From a phage, in sequence record PZ386951.1: DNA of 64,000 bases. The stretch is one strand, 5' to 3'. Under the pieces are notes generated by a model, which was not told where the DNA came from, did not search any database, and saw only the letters and a program-made list of their open reading frames with translations. Positions 28,578 to 38,064 of the stretch are shown one piece after another (the first letter of the stretch is position 1; every line of letters begins with the position of its first letter). Both the position numbers and the translations under genes were made by a program.

Positions 28578-29420
28578 TTAATCAACTGCTATTGGATGAA
28601 TAGCATTAAACTTATGAAATGCTTCTGATTTTTCTTTACGCGAAACACACATGCGAAGAACCTTTAGTGGTTCATCTTCTTCACCCAACGATTTTCGTTT
28701 TTCAATATTTGAAGTTTTCCAACGAGCTTGCTCTGGAAACTCTCTATTGATTTGCTCGAGCGCTCTATTATGTTTAGAATTACTACGAATTGAACTGCAC
28801 CCGCCAGGAGCTTGTGCTTTTCCAGATACAACTAGATATTTGAACAAGGCCAAATGCGGATAACCTTGATTAATTAAATTGAGAAATGCATACATATCTT
28901 CACATAAATCAATTTTTCCATACCCAATTTGTTCTGTCGTAAGTTTTCCGAGGTCATACCATGTATTCGTGAATCCATATGAGTTTTCACGATAATTACC
29001 CCAAGATGAAGTAATTTTAAAAATTGGTAGACGAGCATGGCCATGATAATACCCGCAATCCATGGCATCCTCAACGTATTGAATCAATTCATAGAACTGT
29101 TCACGAGTCAATTGATTGACTTTATCTACACATCGGCGATCATCTCTTTTTCGCATTGAACTCATACGAATAGTAGTATCATCGTCAATCATCCAGATTC
29201 GTTGACCTGCATACATATCAGTAATTGCTTTACGAGTACCGGCAATTCCATTAACATCATCAGGAATAGTTACAATTTTAGCTTTAGACCCATAGGCATC
29301 ATAATAAGCTTTTTCTTCATGTTCACGCACTACAATATGCGGTTCATAATCAGTCGGAAACATATCAAGGGCAGAAACTGCCCCTACGCGTTGATAGCTT
29401 GGAATTACGAATTGAATCAT
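28578..29420 (-). CDS. GT-A-fold glycosyltransferase at the beta-gt locus (candidate DNA hmC-glucose modifying enzyme)
   Basis: About 280 aa from MIQFVIPSYQRVG (GT2-like N-terminus) with DxD motif IWMIDDDTTI; does not resemble recalled T4 beta-gt. Confidence 0.6.
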   Translation of the reverse strand: MIQFVIPSYQRVGAVSALDMFPTDYEPHIVVREHEEKAYYDAYGSKAKIVTIPDDVNGIAGTRKAITDMYAGQRIWMIDDDTTIRMSSMRKRDDRRCVDKVNQLTREQFYELIQYVEDAMDCGYYHGHARLPIFKITSSWGNYRENSYGFTNTWYDLGKLTTEQIGYGKIDLCEDMYAFLNLINQGYPHLALFKYLVVSGKAQAPGGCSSIRSNSKHNRALEQINREFPEQARWKTSNIEKRKSLGEEDEPLKVLRMCVSRKEKSEAFHKFNAIHPIAVD

Positions 29421-30157
29421 TTCCACTCACCGTTATAATCTTTTTTCACAATATGAGTTTCGCCAGTATTCCACCAATGATCAACCAAGTAAAAATGACG
29501 AGAATATACATGAAGACTTCCAACATTCCATATAATAGAACCTGCTTTATACTGACGAGTTGAATCGCCTGCATTCAAATCAGATACTAATTTATCTAAT
29601 ACGTATTTTTGCCATGCATAATCATTACGGAATCCGAAGACCACGTCATTTGAGCGCATGCTTACTACTGCATTGACTTTCTTATCACGAATCAGGTACT
29701 GTACTGTATTCGTACACATGAAATCTGACATACCATCTTTATTGTAGTCAAATTGCATGGATGGACGAGTATAAATCATGATACCACGTCGAGAATCAGG
29801 ATTTTGACCAAGTTCAGCTAAACACATGTCATATTGAGCATAGTTATCTTCTGACCAGATAGCCCAACCATAATTCGAGTTAATTTCACCTTTAGAAGAT
29901 GCTACCTGCTGCCAAATCTTTGGTGTTTCACCCGGAATATCTTTAACGAACAAGCTCTTAGATTTATACCATTCAAGTTCACGCTGAATGTATTCATCAT
30001 TAAGAGCGCCAAAAATAAACGGTTCATCTGCTACAAATGATGCGCCAATAATTTCAATAGTTTTAACACCAGTTTTATCAACTACGAAATCTTTTTCTTT
30101 TAATGCAAGCCCCAAATGAAGACGGATTTCTTCAACTGTCATAGAGTCACTAATCAT
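29417..30157 (-). CDS. 42: dCMP hydroxymethylase gp42
   Basis: 246-aa ORF, same length as T4 gp42; thymidylate-synthase-like fold. Confidence 0.9.
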   Translation of the reverse strand: MISDSMTVEEIRLHLGLALKEKDFVVDKTGVKTIEIIGASFVADEPFIFGALNDEYIQRELEWYKSKSLFVKDIPGETPKIWQQVASSKGEINSNYGWAIWSEDNYAQYDMCLAELGQNPDSRRGIMIYTRPSMQFDYNKDGMSDFMCTNTVQYLIRDKKVNAVVSMRSNDVVFGFRNDYAWQKYVLDKLVSDLNAGDSTRQYKAGSIIWNVGSLHVYSRHFYLVDHWWNTGETHIVKKDYNGEWK

Positions 30158-30166
30158 TTAAACCTC

Positions 30167-30314
30167 AATTGATACATTCATATTTAACTTGTAACAGTAA
30201 TAAACCCCAACCTAAAATAATAGTTGGAATCATAAGAGGAACCGTTACACTATAGTATATACTTATTATAACCATCAAGATTAAAAGCAATGCTGCTATA
30301 ATTTTGCTTTTCAT
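30167..30314 (-). CDS. small membrane protein (49 aa)
   Basis: MKSKIIAALLLILMVIISIYYSVTVPLMIPTIILGWGLLLLQ...; ATG overlaps imm stop; below track cut-off. Confidence 0.4.
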
Positions 30315-30562
30315 TCCTTCTCTCTGATGATAATTACCTGATTTGGCTGCGCAGACTTTTTAGTTTCACCTGCAATTGACCAAATAAATGTAATAAACCA
30401 ACCAATAATTGACCAGTTAAACAGTAAAGATGTGAAAAAGATTCCTACTGTCGATTTTGACCCACGCATCAAGGCGATAAACCATGGAAGCATGTATATA
30501 ATAATAGCCAACACGCCTGAAACTAAAACCATAAAAATTGAACCTGCTACTAAAGTTTCCAT
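30311..30562 (-). CDS. imm: Imm superinfection immunity membrane protein
   Basis: 83-aa two-TM protein, same length and position (between 42 and 43) as T4 Imm. Confidence 0.75.
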   Translation of the reverse strand: METLVAGSIFMVLVSGVLAIIIYMLPWFIALMRGSKSTVGIFFTSLLFNWSIIGWFITFIWSIAGETKKSAQPNQVIIIREKE

Positions 30563-30569
30563 GTTTTCC

Positions 30570-30950
30570 TCACTTAGTCAAATTTTTTACACATGAATTA
30601 TAAGAATTCACTACATACTCCATCGGAGCATTTTTACCTGTACGCCATTGATAATTATTAGCCCAATTTGCCCAAAGTTCTGCACAGTAGTTTTCAATTT
30701 TTTCTTCGTGTGTAATTACATCCGAATTACGATATGCTTGAGCAGATTCATCTGGACGAATAGCTTCGTCAAAATTCGCCTGCATTTGTTCTACTGTCTG
30801 CTTTGGAGCTTCTTTATAACACTTGACATTAGGATTATAAAATTTGCTTGAACAGTTTACAATTTTTCCTACATCAGACTGATTTACTACCGGTCCTTGA
30901 GCTACACAACCAGTAAGACCTAATGCAATAATCAAAATAGCGATTTTCAT
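30570..30950 (-). CDS. putative lipoprotein (about 126 aa)
   Basis: Start at ATG 30948-30950 with GGAGAA RBS (track start TTG); signal peptide MKIAILIIALGLTGC. Confidence 0.6.
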   Translation of the reverse strand: MKIAILIIALGLTGCVAQGPVVNQSDVGKIVNCSSKFYNPNVKCYKEAPKQTVEQMQANFDEAIRPDESAQAYRNSDVITHEEKIENYCAELWANWANNYQWRTGKNAPMEYVVNSYNSCVKNLTK

Positions 30951-30986
30951 TTCATTCTCCAAATCTGTATCAGTAGTTGATAGTTG

Positions 30987-31017
30987 TATAATACCACAGA
31001 GGAACAGTCTTGTAAAC
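30987..31017 (-). promoter_or_regulatory. T4-type early promoter
   Basis: TATAATACCA at 30987-30996, GTAAAC at 31012-31017. Confidence 0.6.
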
Positions 31018-31104
31018 AGTTTTGTGAAAATTTTTTAGGGAATTCTAAAGGTCCAGAATCATCTGTTTTTCATAAGTATAGATTTATATTACTTGTATGA
31101 AAAA

Positions 31105-31120
31105 GGGACCCGGAGGTCCC
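31105..31120 (-). terminator. GC stem-loop 3' of gene 43
   Basis: GGGACC CGGA GGTCCC. Confidence 0.5.
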
Positions 31121-31133
31121 TAGATTTATTCTA

Positions 31134-33830
31134 TCAGCCAAACAGGAAGTCTAACGAAGCTTTTTCTTCATAGTCCATACCAGCCGATTCACACATGCCT
31201 GCAAGCGGTTTAACAAACGATTTTTGGAACAAAGTTGAGTAGTCAATCCAAGACAGTACGTCAGAACGAATTTCTTTTGGAAGTTCTGTACCCGACGGCC
31301 AAGCAATGCATTTGTCACCAAATGGATTTCCTTCACGTAATGGAAGAACCATTACTTTATTTCCATCCAAAATTGGAGCTACACCTAAACCGCTAACAGC
31401 TCGACGATAAGTTAACACCCCACGAATATGGAACGGGCATTTAAATCCTGGCCAACCTTTATCATCATATTTCGCTATATCGTTCGCAGTTTTTACTTCA
31501 GCGATAACTTTATAGTCAAGTTGACGATATTCTTTCTCAAAGTTCTTATAATATTCTTGAACAGACTCTTCGCCTTCTTGAAGAATACGACGGATACTTT
31601 CTTCAAGAGCTTCTTGGACCGCTTTAGGCGTTGAACTCTGCTGAGTTTCCATACCCATGATTTTTAGATGCGGTTCAGCAAATCGCTTATCTTCCATATC
31701 ATAAACGTTCAGAGCATAACGCTTTTTCGCTTTCCAAAATCCACCGACACCCTTTGAACCAAGCGGAGGACAAGAAATAGCTTCACGGTCCATATGCATC
31801 AGATGCTCGCGATTATTCATATAATCACATAACTCACGATATGCAACATCAATCATAGGTTCCATCTTTTTCTTACCGAACTGATTCATGAATTCAACTA
31901 AATCGTTCTGCTCTTTGAATCGGTCAAGACCTACTTTTTCAATAACTTTATCTACACAAACATATACCGAATCAGTATCACCTGCTGCGATGAAATCTTC
32001 ACCATTAGTTCCACATACTTTATTCAGATACTCATTAATTTTACGAGCAATCCACTGAATACCAACTTGGCCGAAAATTGTGATAGCAGTAGCATTTCGC
32101 AAATCATAGTAACGGAAATGAATATTACCAAGAGCACCGTAAAGACTGTTAATAAGAATTTTACGGTTTAGCTGATTTGTATTAGCAAGTGTAGCTGCTT
32201 TTTCACATTCTTCAATCAAACTATTGAGAACAGATTCAGTATAATTCGATAGTTCATTTAAGAAATCATCACTGAACTTAACATATCGTTCAACTTCAGG
32301 TTTAGTTGAACAAGACCCTGCGCCTTTCATAATAATCTTTTTAATAGCTTCGGCATTCATTTCTTCAGCGAACATTTTCTTTTTCCAATCTTTACGCTGG
32401 AAAAATACTTTAGCGATTTCCTTTGGAATGATACCTTCTTGATGCTTATCATACATCCATCCATTCGGAGAACAAGAATATTCATCACTCGGTTTAGGAG
32501 CTGTTCCTGCGATATATTCATGAATTGGATGAACTTTAAACTGCCCACGAATAGTCTCAGGACTAATGTTAACCTGACGAATAATGCTAGGATACAGAGA
32601 CGTCAAGTCAAAACTCATAATATATCGACGAGCAATTGGTTTAGGTTCAAACACAAATGCACCCGGAAAACTTTGTTTAACGTGCGAACCTTGTTGAGGA
32701 ATAACCTTATGTTCACCTTTCAATGAGTTAAAAATAATAGCATCCCAAGTTTTAATAGGACTCATTACACCAGAAAAAGGCATTTTAGCATAATAAGACA
32801 TACTTAAAACTAGATCGATAAACCCGCGAATTTTATCAATTGCTTGAACTGATTCTACGTCAATGATGTTATAACTAATATATCGTTGATGATTAGTCTC
32901 ACGAAGTTTATTAATAGGACCGTCGTATGGTAATTTACCTTTTTTGGTTTCATGTTGAGCAACTGATTCCAAAGAGAATGACGGCAAATTAGTAAAAGCG
33001 AATTTCTTGTACAAATCTAAATAATCAAGAATAGATACGCCATCAATAGAATAAATTTCTTTGCTACCGTACATATTTTGGATAAGTTTAGATTTTACTC
33101 GACCGATTGGAGAGAAGCGTTTCATACTACGTTCACCGAGAACCATTTTAACGCGATTCATGATATACGGAACGTCAAATCCCTCAATATTCCAACCGGT
33201 AAAAATAGCAGGTCGTTTCTGTTCCCAGAGATTAATATATTCCATGAGCATATCACGCTCATTATCAAATGGCATATAAATTACTCGGTCAAGAATTTCT
33301 TGAGGAACTTCATCACCACCTTCACAGTCAAGCTTAGCAGCTAACTTTGCATCCCATTTTGATACTGAACCGTACATTGAATTCAAAAGATCAAAAACAT
33401 AAAAACGATCATCAATTGAATCGTAATGAGTGATAGCATCAATTTCATATTCAGCTTTCATTGGGTCAGGAAATTTATCACCAGTAACCTCAATGTCACA
33501 GTTAGCTACACGAACAAATTTTCGGTCATAAACAATTTCTGAACCATATGTATCACTGATGTAAGCGAGTTTAAAATCGTTCATACCGAGAGCTTCGAGA
33601 CCGATGTCTTCCATTCGTTTCATCCAATCTCGAGCATCTTTCATTGATGGAAATTTTTGAGGAGCACAATTTTTACCATAAATGTCTTTGTACTTTGACT
33701 CTTCCTTACAATGCCTAAACATAGTCGGAAGATATTCTACTTCACGAGTACGTTCCTTTCCGTTTTCATCAATATAACGTTCAACAATGTTATTTCCGAC
33801 TGTTTCAATAGAGATATAAAATTCTTTCAT
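31134..33830 (-). CDS. 43: DNA polymerase gp43 (family B)
   Basis: 898-aa ORF, same length as T4 gp43; exonuclease and polymerase motifs (YGDTDS-like AAGDTDSVYV). Confidence 0.95.
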   Translation of the reverse strand: MKEFYISIETVGNNIVERYIDENGKERTREVEYLPTMFRHCKEESKYKDIYGKNCAPQKFPSMKDARDWMKRMEDIGLEALGMNDFKLAYISDTYGSEIVYDRKFVRVANCDIEVTGDKFPDPMKAEYEIDAITHYDSIDDRFYVFDLLNSMYGSVSKWDAKLAAKLDCEGGDEVPQEILDRVIYMPFDNERDMLMEYINLWEQKRPAIFTGWNIEGFDVPYIMNRVKMVLGERSMKRFSPIGRVKSKLIQNMYGSKEIYSIDGVSILDYLDLYKKFAFTNLPSFSLESVAQHETKKGKLPYDGPINKLRETNHQRYISYNIIDVESVQAIDKIRGFIDLVLSMSYYAKMPFSGVMSPIKTWDAIIFNSLKGEHKVIPQQGSHVKQSFPGAFVFEPKPIARRYIMSFDLTSLYPSIIRQVNISPETIRGQFKVHPIHEYIAGTAPKPSDEYSCSPNGWMYDKHQEGIIPKEIAKVFFQRKDWKKKMFAEEMNAEAIKKIIMKGAGSCSTKPEVERYVKFSDDFLNELSNYTESVLNSLIEECEKAATLANTNQLNRKILINSLYGALGNIHFRYYDLRNATAITIFGQVGIQWIARKINEYLNKVCGTNGEDFIAAGDTDSVYVCVDKVIEKVGLDRFKEQNDLVEFMNQFGKKKMEPMIDVAYRELCDYMNNREHLMHMDREAISCPPLGSKGVGGFWKAKKRYALNVYDMEDKRFAEPHLKIMGMETQQSSTPKAVQEALEESIRRILQEGEESVQEYYKNFEKEYRQLDYKVIAEVKTANDIAKYDDKGWPGFKCPFHIRGVLTYRRAVSGLGVAPILDGNKVMVLPLREGNPFGDKCIAWPSGTELPKEIRSDVLSWIDYSTLFQKSFVKPLAGMCESAGMDYEEKASLDFLFG

Positions 33831-33890
33831 AGATATTCCTTAGTTTATAGCCCGAGTTATTAGGCTCTTGATATATTATACTCCAAATAA

Positions 33891-33904
33891 GGGGCCGAAG
33901 CCCC
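33891..33904 (-). terminator. GC stem-loop (UUCG loop) 3' of regA
   Basis: GGGGC CGAA GCCCC. Confidence 0.5.
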
Positions 33905-33908
33905 TTGC

Positions 33909-34277
33909 TTAATTACCAATCGTATATTTAGGAACGAGTTTCCATTCATGTTTTTGTTTAAAAGAAATAACTCGGAAGTTATTAGTTAAATCTTTCATAA
34001 AAGTTCTTTGTCCAGGAACGATTTCAATCAGTCCCCAATCTTCTAACAGCCATGCAATCGAATCACGACGAACTTCATCTTCTTCTGTCATTTCAACTTG
34101 ACGGCCATCCATACGAAGCATTTCTTTAAAATGAACGATATAGTATAGTCCTTTTTTCTGAAGAATATGACAGGACTGATACAGAACTTTATCTTTATTA
34201 TTAGCAATTCCCATACGAGTCAAAGTTTCTTTTACTTTCAGAAAATCTTCAGGTTTTTTAAGAGTAATTTCAATCAT
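33909..34277 (-). CDS. regA: RegA translational repressor
   Basis: 122-aa ORF, same length and position (62-regA-43) as T4 RegA. Confidence 0.88.
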   Translation of the reverse strand: MIEITLKKPEDFLKVKETLTRMGIANNKDKVLYQSCHILQKKGLYYIVHFKEMLRMDGRQVEMTEEDEVRRDSIAWLLEDWGLIEIVPGQRTFMKDLTNNFRVISFKQKHEWKLVPKYTIGN

Positions 34278-34278
34278 T

Positions 34279-34842
34279 TTACCATTCCAATGCTAGTTTT
34301 TTGAGTTGTTTCTGTTCTTTTACGTTCTTAGTCACTTCTTTCAAAAAATCATCCGTGACTAAACCTTTTAGTTCTTTTAATACTAAAGGTAGTTTTCCAT
34401 TTTTAGTAAGAATTGATTTATAGTTAATTGCATCATTTGTGTTAACTTGATACCGTTTAGCAAGTAACTTAATAATCAATACTTCGGTGGAATCTTCAAC
34501 TAGTTTTGCCCATTTACCATATCTTTTACCACGAGGAACTGCAGCCATTAGATAATTAAAATGGGCTTCATCACTTAAGCCTGATCCAATTAAATTCATA
34601 GCATATACGGCTGGCATGCACTCCGGAAATTGTGATAATGCATTTTCAACCATGAATTTTGAATAATCTTTTTGAGCAATAGAGCATTTAGTTTTATTAT
34701 TAATAGCTCCAATTATTTCAAAAAATTCATTTTCAGCTTTTTCTTTAAAAGAATCAGCAGCGGATTGAACAGCTGTCCAATCTTTTGAATACCAAGCAAC
34801 TTGATGCTCGTTTAATTGAATATCATCTTCAAATAAGCTCAT
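34279..34842 (-). CDS. 62: clamp-loader subunit gp62
   Basis: 187-aa ORF directly downstream of gene 44. Confidence 0.88.
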   Translation of the reverse strand: MSLFEDDIQLNEHQVAWYSKDWTAVQSAADSFKEKAENEFFEIIGAINNKTKCSIAQKDYSKFMVENALSQFPECMPAVYAMNLIGSGLSDEAHFNYLMAAVPRGKRYGKWAKLVEDSTEVLIIKLLAKRYQVNTNDAINYKSILTKNGKLPLVLKELKGLVTDDFLKEVTKNVKEQKQLKKLALEW

Positions 34843-34843
34843 A

Positions 34844-35803
34844 TCACTTCCACTGCATTTCGCATGCCAATTGAATGAAAAGATATGCTAAATGTAACTC
34901 AGTATTAGCCGCAATTCCATGATACTGGTTATTTTCACCAACAATTTCATACATACGAATAATACTTTGCGGAGTTACACGTGTATAGATTTCTTCGGCA
35001 AGTTTACCCACGAACCACGAATAATCGGCTGCATATTTTGGTGCTAAAGCTCTGAGTTGTTTAACATCTTTATTTTTGAGAGACTCAAGAACATCATCAA
35101 TAGCACCACGATCGTTAGTAACCAGTGATAAAATACCAGCATCCAAAACACCTTTAGATGAATAACTATCGAGCTCACCAATAGTTTTACGAAAATCAGG
35201 AAAATTCTTTTTAACCAAAGCTGCTACAACTTTCATATCAGCTATAGCAATACCTTCATGTTTACAGATTTCAGTCAATCGACGAATCATCTGCTTCATC
35301 ATTTCAATTTTATCTTCATCGGTCGGTTGACCGAACGTAATAACTCGGCAGCGTGACTGAAGTGGTTTAATAATACCATCAATATTGTTAGCAGTAATAA
35401 TAATACTACAGTTTGAACTATAAGCTTCCATAAAGGAACGAAGATGTCGCTGAGACTCTGCTAGCCCTGAGCGGTCAAATTCATCAATAACAATTACTTT
35501 TTGACGACCATCAAATGAAGCTGCACTAGCAAAATTAGTCAAAGGACCGCGAACAAAATCAATTTTACAATCTGATCCATTCACAAACATCATATCAGCA
35601 TTTACATCATGACACAATGCTTTTGCTACAGTTGTTTTACCTGTTCCTGGAGAAGGAGAATGAAGAATAATATGTGGAATCTTACCTTTACTTGTAATAG
35701 ATTTAAAGGTTTCTTTATCAAAGGCGGGAAGAATACATTCATCGATAGTAGATGGACGATATTTCTGTTCAAGAATGTGTTCTTTTTCATTTACGGTAAT
35801 CAT
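34844..35803 (-). CDS. 44: clamp-loader ATPase gp44 (RFC-like AAA+)
   Basis: 319 aa from [11 protein letters not shown] (GAGGAAA RBS); Walker A SPGTGKTT; track ORF begins 5 codons upstream. Confidence 0.9.
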   Translation of the reverse strand: MITVNEKEHILEQKYRPSTIDECILPAFDKETFKSITSKGKIPHIILHSPSPGTGKTTVAKALCHDVNADMMFVNGSDCKIDFVRGPLTNFASAASFDGRQKVIVIDEFDRSGLAESQRHLRSFMEAYSSNCSIIITANNIDGIIKPLQSRCRVITFGQPTDEDKIEMMKQMIRRLTEICKHEGIAIADMKVVAALVKKNFPDFRKTIGELDSYSSKGVLDAGILSLVTNDRGAIDDVLESLKNKDVKQLRALAPKYAADYSWFVGKLAEEIYTRVTPQSIIRMYEIVGENNQYHGIAANTELHLAYLFIQLACEMQWK

Positions 35804-35838
35804 AATTTCCTCATTCAAGTTTTAGTGTAAATTATAAA

Positions 35839-35850
35839 GGGCCGAAGCCC
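35839..35850 (-). terminator. GC stem-loop (UUCG loop) 3' of gene 45
   Basis: GGGC CGAA GCCC. Confidence 0.45.
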
Positions 35851-35854
35851 TCTA

Positions 35855-36541
35855 TTAAAAATCGTGGGTAGAATCAGCTTCAAGAGCTACTACATAATTC
35901 GCGTGTTCACCTTCAAATTTAGCAGCACCTTGTTTACCTTTTGCCCAGAGCAGAAGTTTATAATTTCCTGGTTGCATTTTCATATTTGCCATATTGATAA
36001 TGAAATTAAATGTATTTTCACCATCATAATCACCAAGAGTCAAAGAATATTTAACACGGGTCAGAGCAGAATCTTCTACTTTATTAAAACCGTTAATTAC
36101 GATTTTACCTTCTTTTACCGTGATAGCAATTGTATCAATTTGCAGACCACGAGATACACGCAACAGTTGTTGAAGGTCTTCAGCTTTAATTTCAGTAACA
36201 ACAGATGCTACCGGGAATGGAATTGGTTTATTAGGAGCAACTACTGTACTCGGATCGGCTGCTGGCCAAAAAATTGTTGAGCGGGCATCAGCAATTTTAA
36301 TATTTCCATCTTCTGACTGAGAAATTTCTGCATCATCATTAACTAAAGACAGAATACCGAGAAAACCGTTCAAATCGTAAATTGCTACATCAAAATCAAT
36401 AACGTCAGAAATATTTGCTTCCGCATAAGTTGTACCATTAACTGCGCGAGTCATAATAAATTGACCGGATTTAAGCATAATACCAGAGTTAATAGTAGCG
36501 AAATTTTTCAAAATATTCAGTGTGTCTTTAGATAATTTCAT
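35855..36541 (-). CDS. 45: sliding clamp gp45
   Basis: 228-aa ORF, same length as T4 gp45. Confidence 0.92.
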   Translation of the reverse strand: MKLSKDTLNILKNFATINSGIMLKSGQFIMTRAVNGTTYAEANISDVIDFDVAIYDLNGFLGILSLVNDDAEISQSEDGNIKIADARSTIFWPAADPSTVVAPNKPIPFPVASVVTEIKAEDLQQLLRVSRGLQIDTIAITVKEGKIVINGFNKVEDSALTRVKYSLTLGDYDGENTFNFIINMANMKMQPGNYKLLLWAKGKQGAAKFEGEHANYVVALEADSTHDF

Positions 36542-37425
36542 TTCAATTTCCTATTTACATAATAGTTAGACCAGGACCGTACAGCACCCTGATAAGATTC
36601 GTCGTTAAACCCATTAGCTACTGCAATTTTACGAAATTTATTATAACTTGGTTTTCCGTAAGCATGCCATAAAGATTTTAATTCATCTTCATGTTCAATC
36701 CAAGTTCCTCTAGCTTTAGATTTTCTAAATTTTGATTTGAATTCCGGTAAATTATTTCTAACAGTTGCTTGAATTGAAGCTCTCTGTCTTCTTTTAGCAT
36801 TATTCCATAATTCTTTTTGAGATTTAGAAATTTTTGATCTTACACTTTCTGAATTCATTATATCACTAAACTTTTTAGCATAACTACAATCAAGATATTT
36901 CAATTTCATCTTATTTGAGAGTTTAAGCTTTTTCTCATCGGTCCAGTGATTCTTCATTGAATTAGATATTTTGTATTTTACTTCAGAACTATGTTTGTAA
37001 CCTTTACGAATACCGACATACTCAGGCGTAATTTCAGATTGCGAAAGCTTTACAATTTTTCCAGTTAAAACATTTTTATATGTTCCATATCCTTTAGCAC
37101 CAATTAAAGTATTTTCATCTGCGTATGCTTTATTAAAATATTTTATATTACTTTTTGCTTTAACTTTTAATTGAAAAAATCTCTCCAATTTTCTTGGATC
37201 TAATATAGTTTCAGCTAAAATTTTGACGGTATATTTAGTGGTTTTAATAAGTTCAAAATATTCATCGCTATAACTCGATGACACGCTTCCAGTATAAATC
37301 TTTCCAGCTGAATCAATTATATTTGTTCCATCGAAAATTGCGTTAATTTTTGAACCTATATAATAACACGGAAAAATATTTTTAGCTTCCCGCTCTGGAA
37401 AGCTAATAAGATATACTAAATTCAT
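36538..37425 (-). CDS. GIY-YIG homing endonuclease (Seg-like) with NUMOD-like DNA-binding repeats
   Basis: N-terminus VYLISF...CYYIGSK (GIY-YIG variant); repeats [18 protein letters not shown] and [14 protein letters not shown]; overlaps gene 45 start and rpbA stop by 4 nt each. Confidence 0.7.
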   Translation of the reverse strand: MNLVYLISFPEREAKNIFPCYYIGSKINAIFDGTNIIDSAGKIYTGSVSSSYSDEYFELIKTTKYTVKILAETILDPRKLERFFQLKVKAKSNIKYFNKAYADENTLIGAKGYGTYKNVLTGKIVKLSQSEITPEYVGIRKGYKHSSEVKYKISNSMKNHWTDEKKLKLSNKMKLKYLDCSYAKKFSDIMNSESVRSKISKSQKELWNNAKRRQRASIQATVRNNLPEFKSKFRKSKARGTWIEHEDELKSLWHAYGKPSYNKFRKIAVANGFNDESYQGAVRSWSNYYVNRKLK

Positions 37426-37811
37426 TTATTAAACTCGGCCACAATTGTTTCCGCAACAATTTGTGCAGCAACAATCAGACGTTCATCTGCATTACCACAA
37501 TAATCATCTTCAAGGCGTTCACCGCATGAAGTCATAATAAATTTAGCACCGGCGTTTAGGGATTCTGTAGTATGTTTGCGCATTAGTTCAATCCATTTAT
37601 TACTTACTTCACGATCGATAGCTTCATAATACGCATGACGAGCAGGTGCAGATTTAATTTTGTTCTGAATAACTTCCATTGCGTTATCAGAAAGAGACAA
37701 AACCCATGCTCGACGAATTTTATTTTGGTTTTGTGGATTTGATTCAGAACGCACGTGTTTTGGCTGAATATCTTTTACGTCAACAGTATAATTCACAGTA
37801 ATTTTAGTCAT
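37422..37811 (-). CDS. rpbA: RpbA RNA-polymerase-binding protein
   Basis: 129-aa ORF, same length as T4 RpbA, in the 45-46 interval. Confidence 0.75.
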   Translation of the reverse strand: MTKITVNYTVDVKDIQPKHVRSESNPQNQNKIRRAWVLSLSDNAMEVIQNKIKSAPARHAYYEAIDREVSNKWIELMRKHTTESLNAGAKFIMTSCGERLEDDYCGNADERLIVAAQIVAETIVAEFNK

Positions 37812-37820
37812 AATACACCT

Positions 37821-38009
37821 TTAGTCATAATAATCAGTAACAGTCCAAGCTTCATTTCTATTGGACATTATTTTTGTATATTCTGCTTTAAATGCATTCC
37901 TAAGCATAGATTCAGTAACTATATGCTCTTCATTAGAAAAATTATTTCTCAGAATATATCGTTTTATTTCAGGAATAGTTAATAGATGCTGTCCAGTTGA
38001 ATATTCCAT
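37821..38009 (-). CDS. hypothetical protein (62 aa)
   Basis: ATG with GGAGGA RBS downstream of middle promoter. Confidence 0.5.
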   Translation of the reverse strand: MEYSTGQHLLTIPEIKRYILRNNFSNEEHIVTESMLRNAFKAEYTKIMSNRNEAWTVTDYYD

Positions 38010-38026
38010 GTTTTTCCTCCATAGAG

Positions 38027-38050
38027 ATTATACTCTAATAAATTAAAGCA
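38027..38050 (-). promoter_or_regulatory. MotA-dependent middle promoter (MotA box TGCTTTA, 11-nt spacer, TATAAT)
   Basis: Minus strand reads ttaTGCTTTAatttattagagTATAAT. Confidence 0.6.
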
Positions 38051-38064
38051 TAATCTCTTATAAA

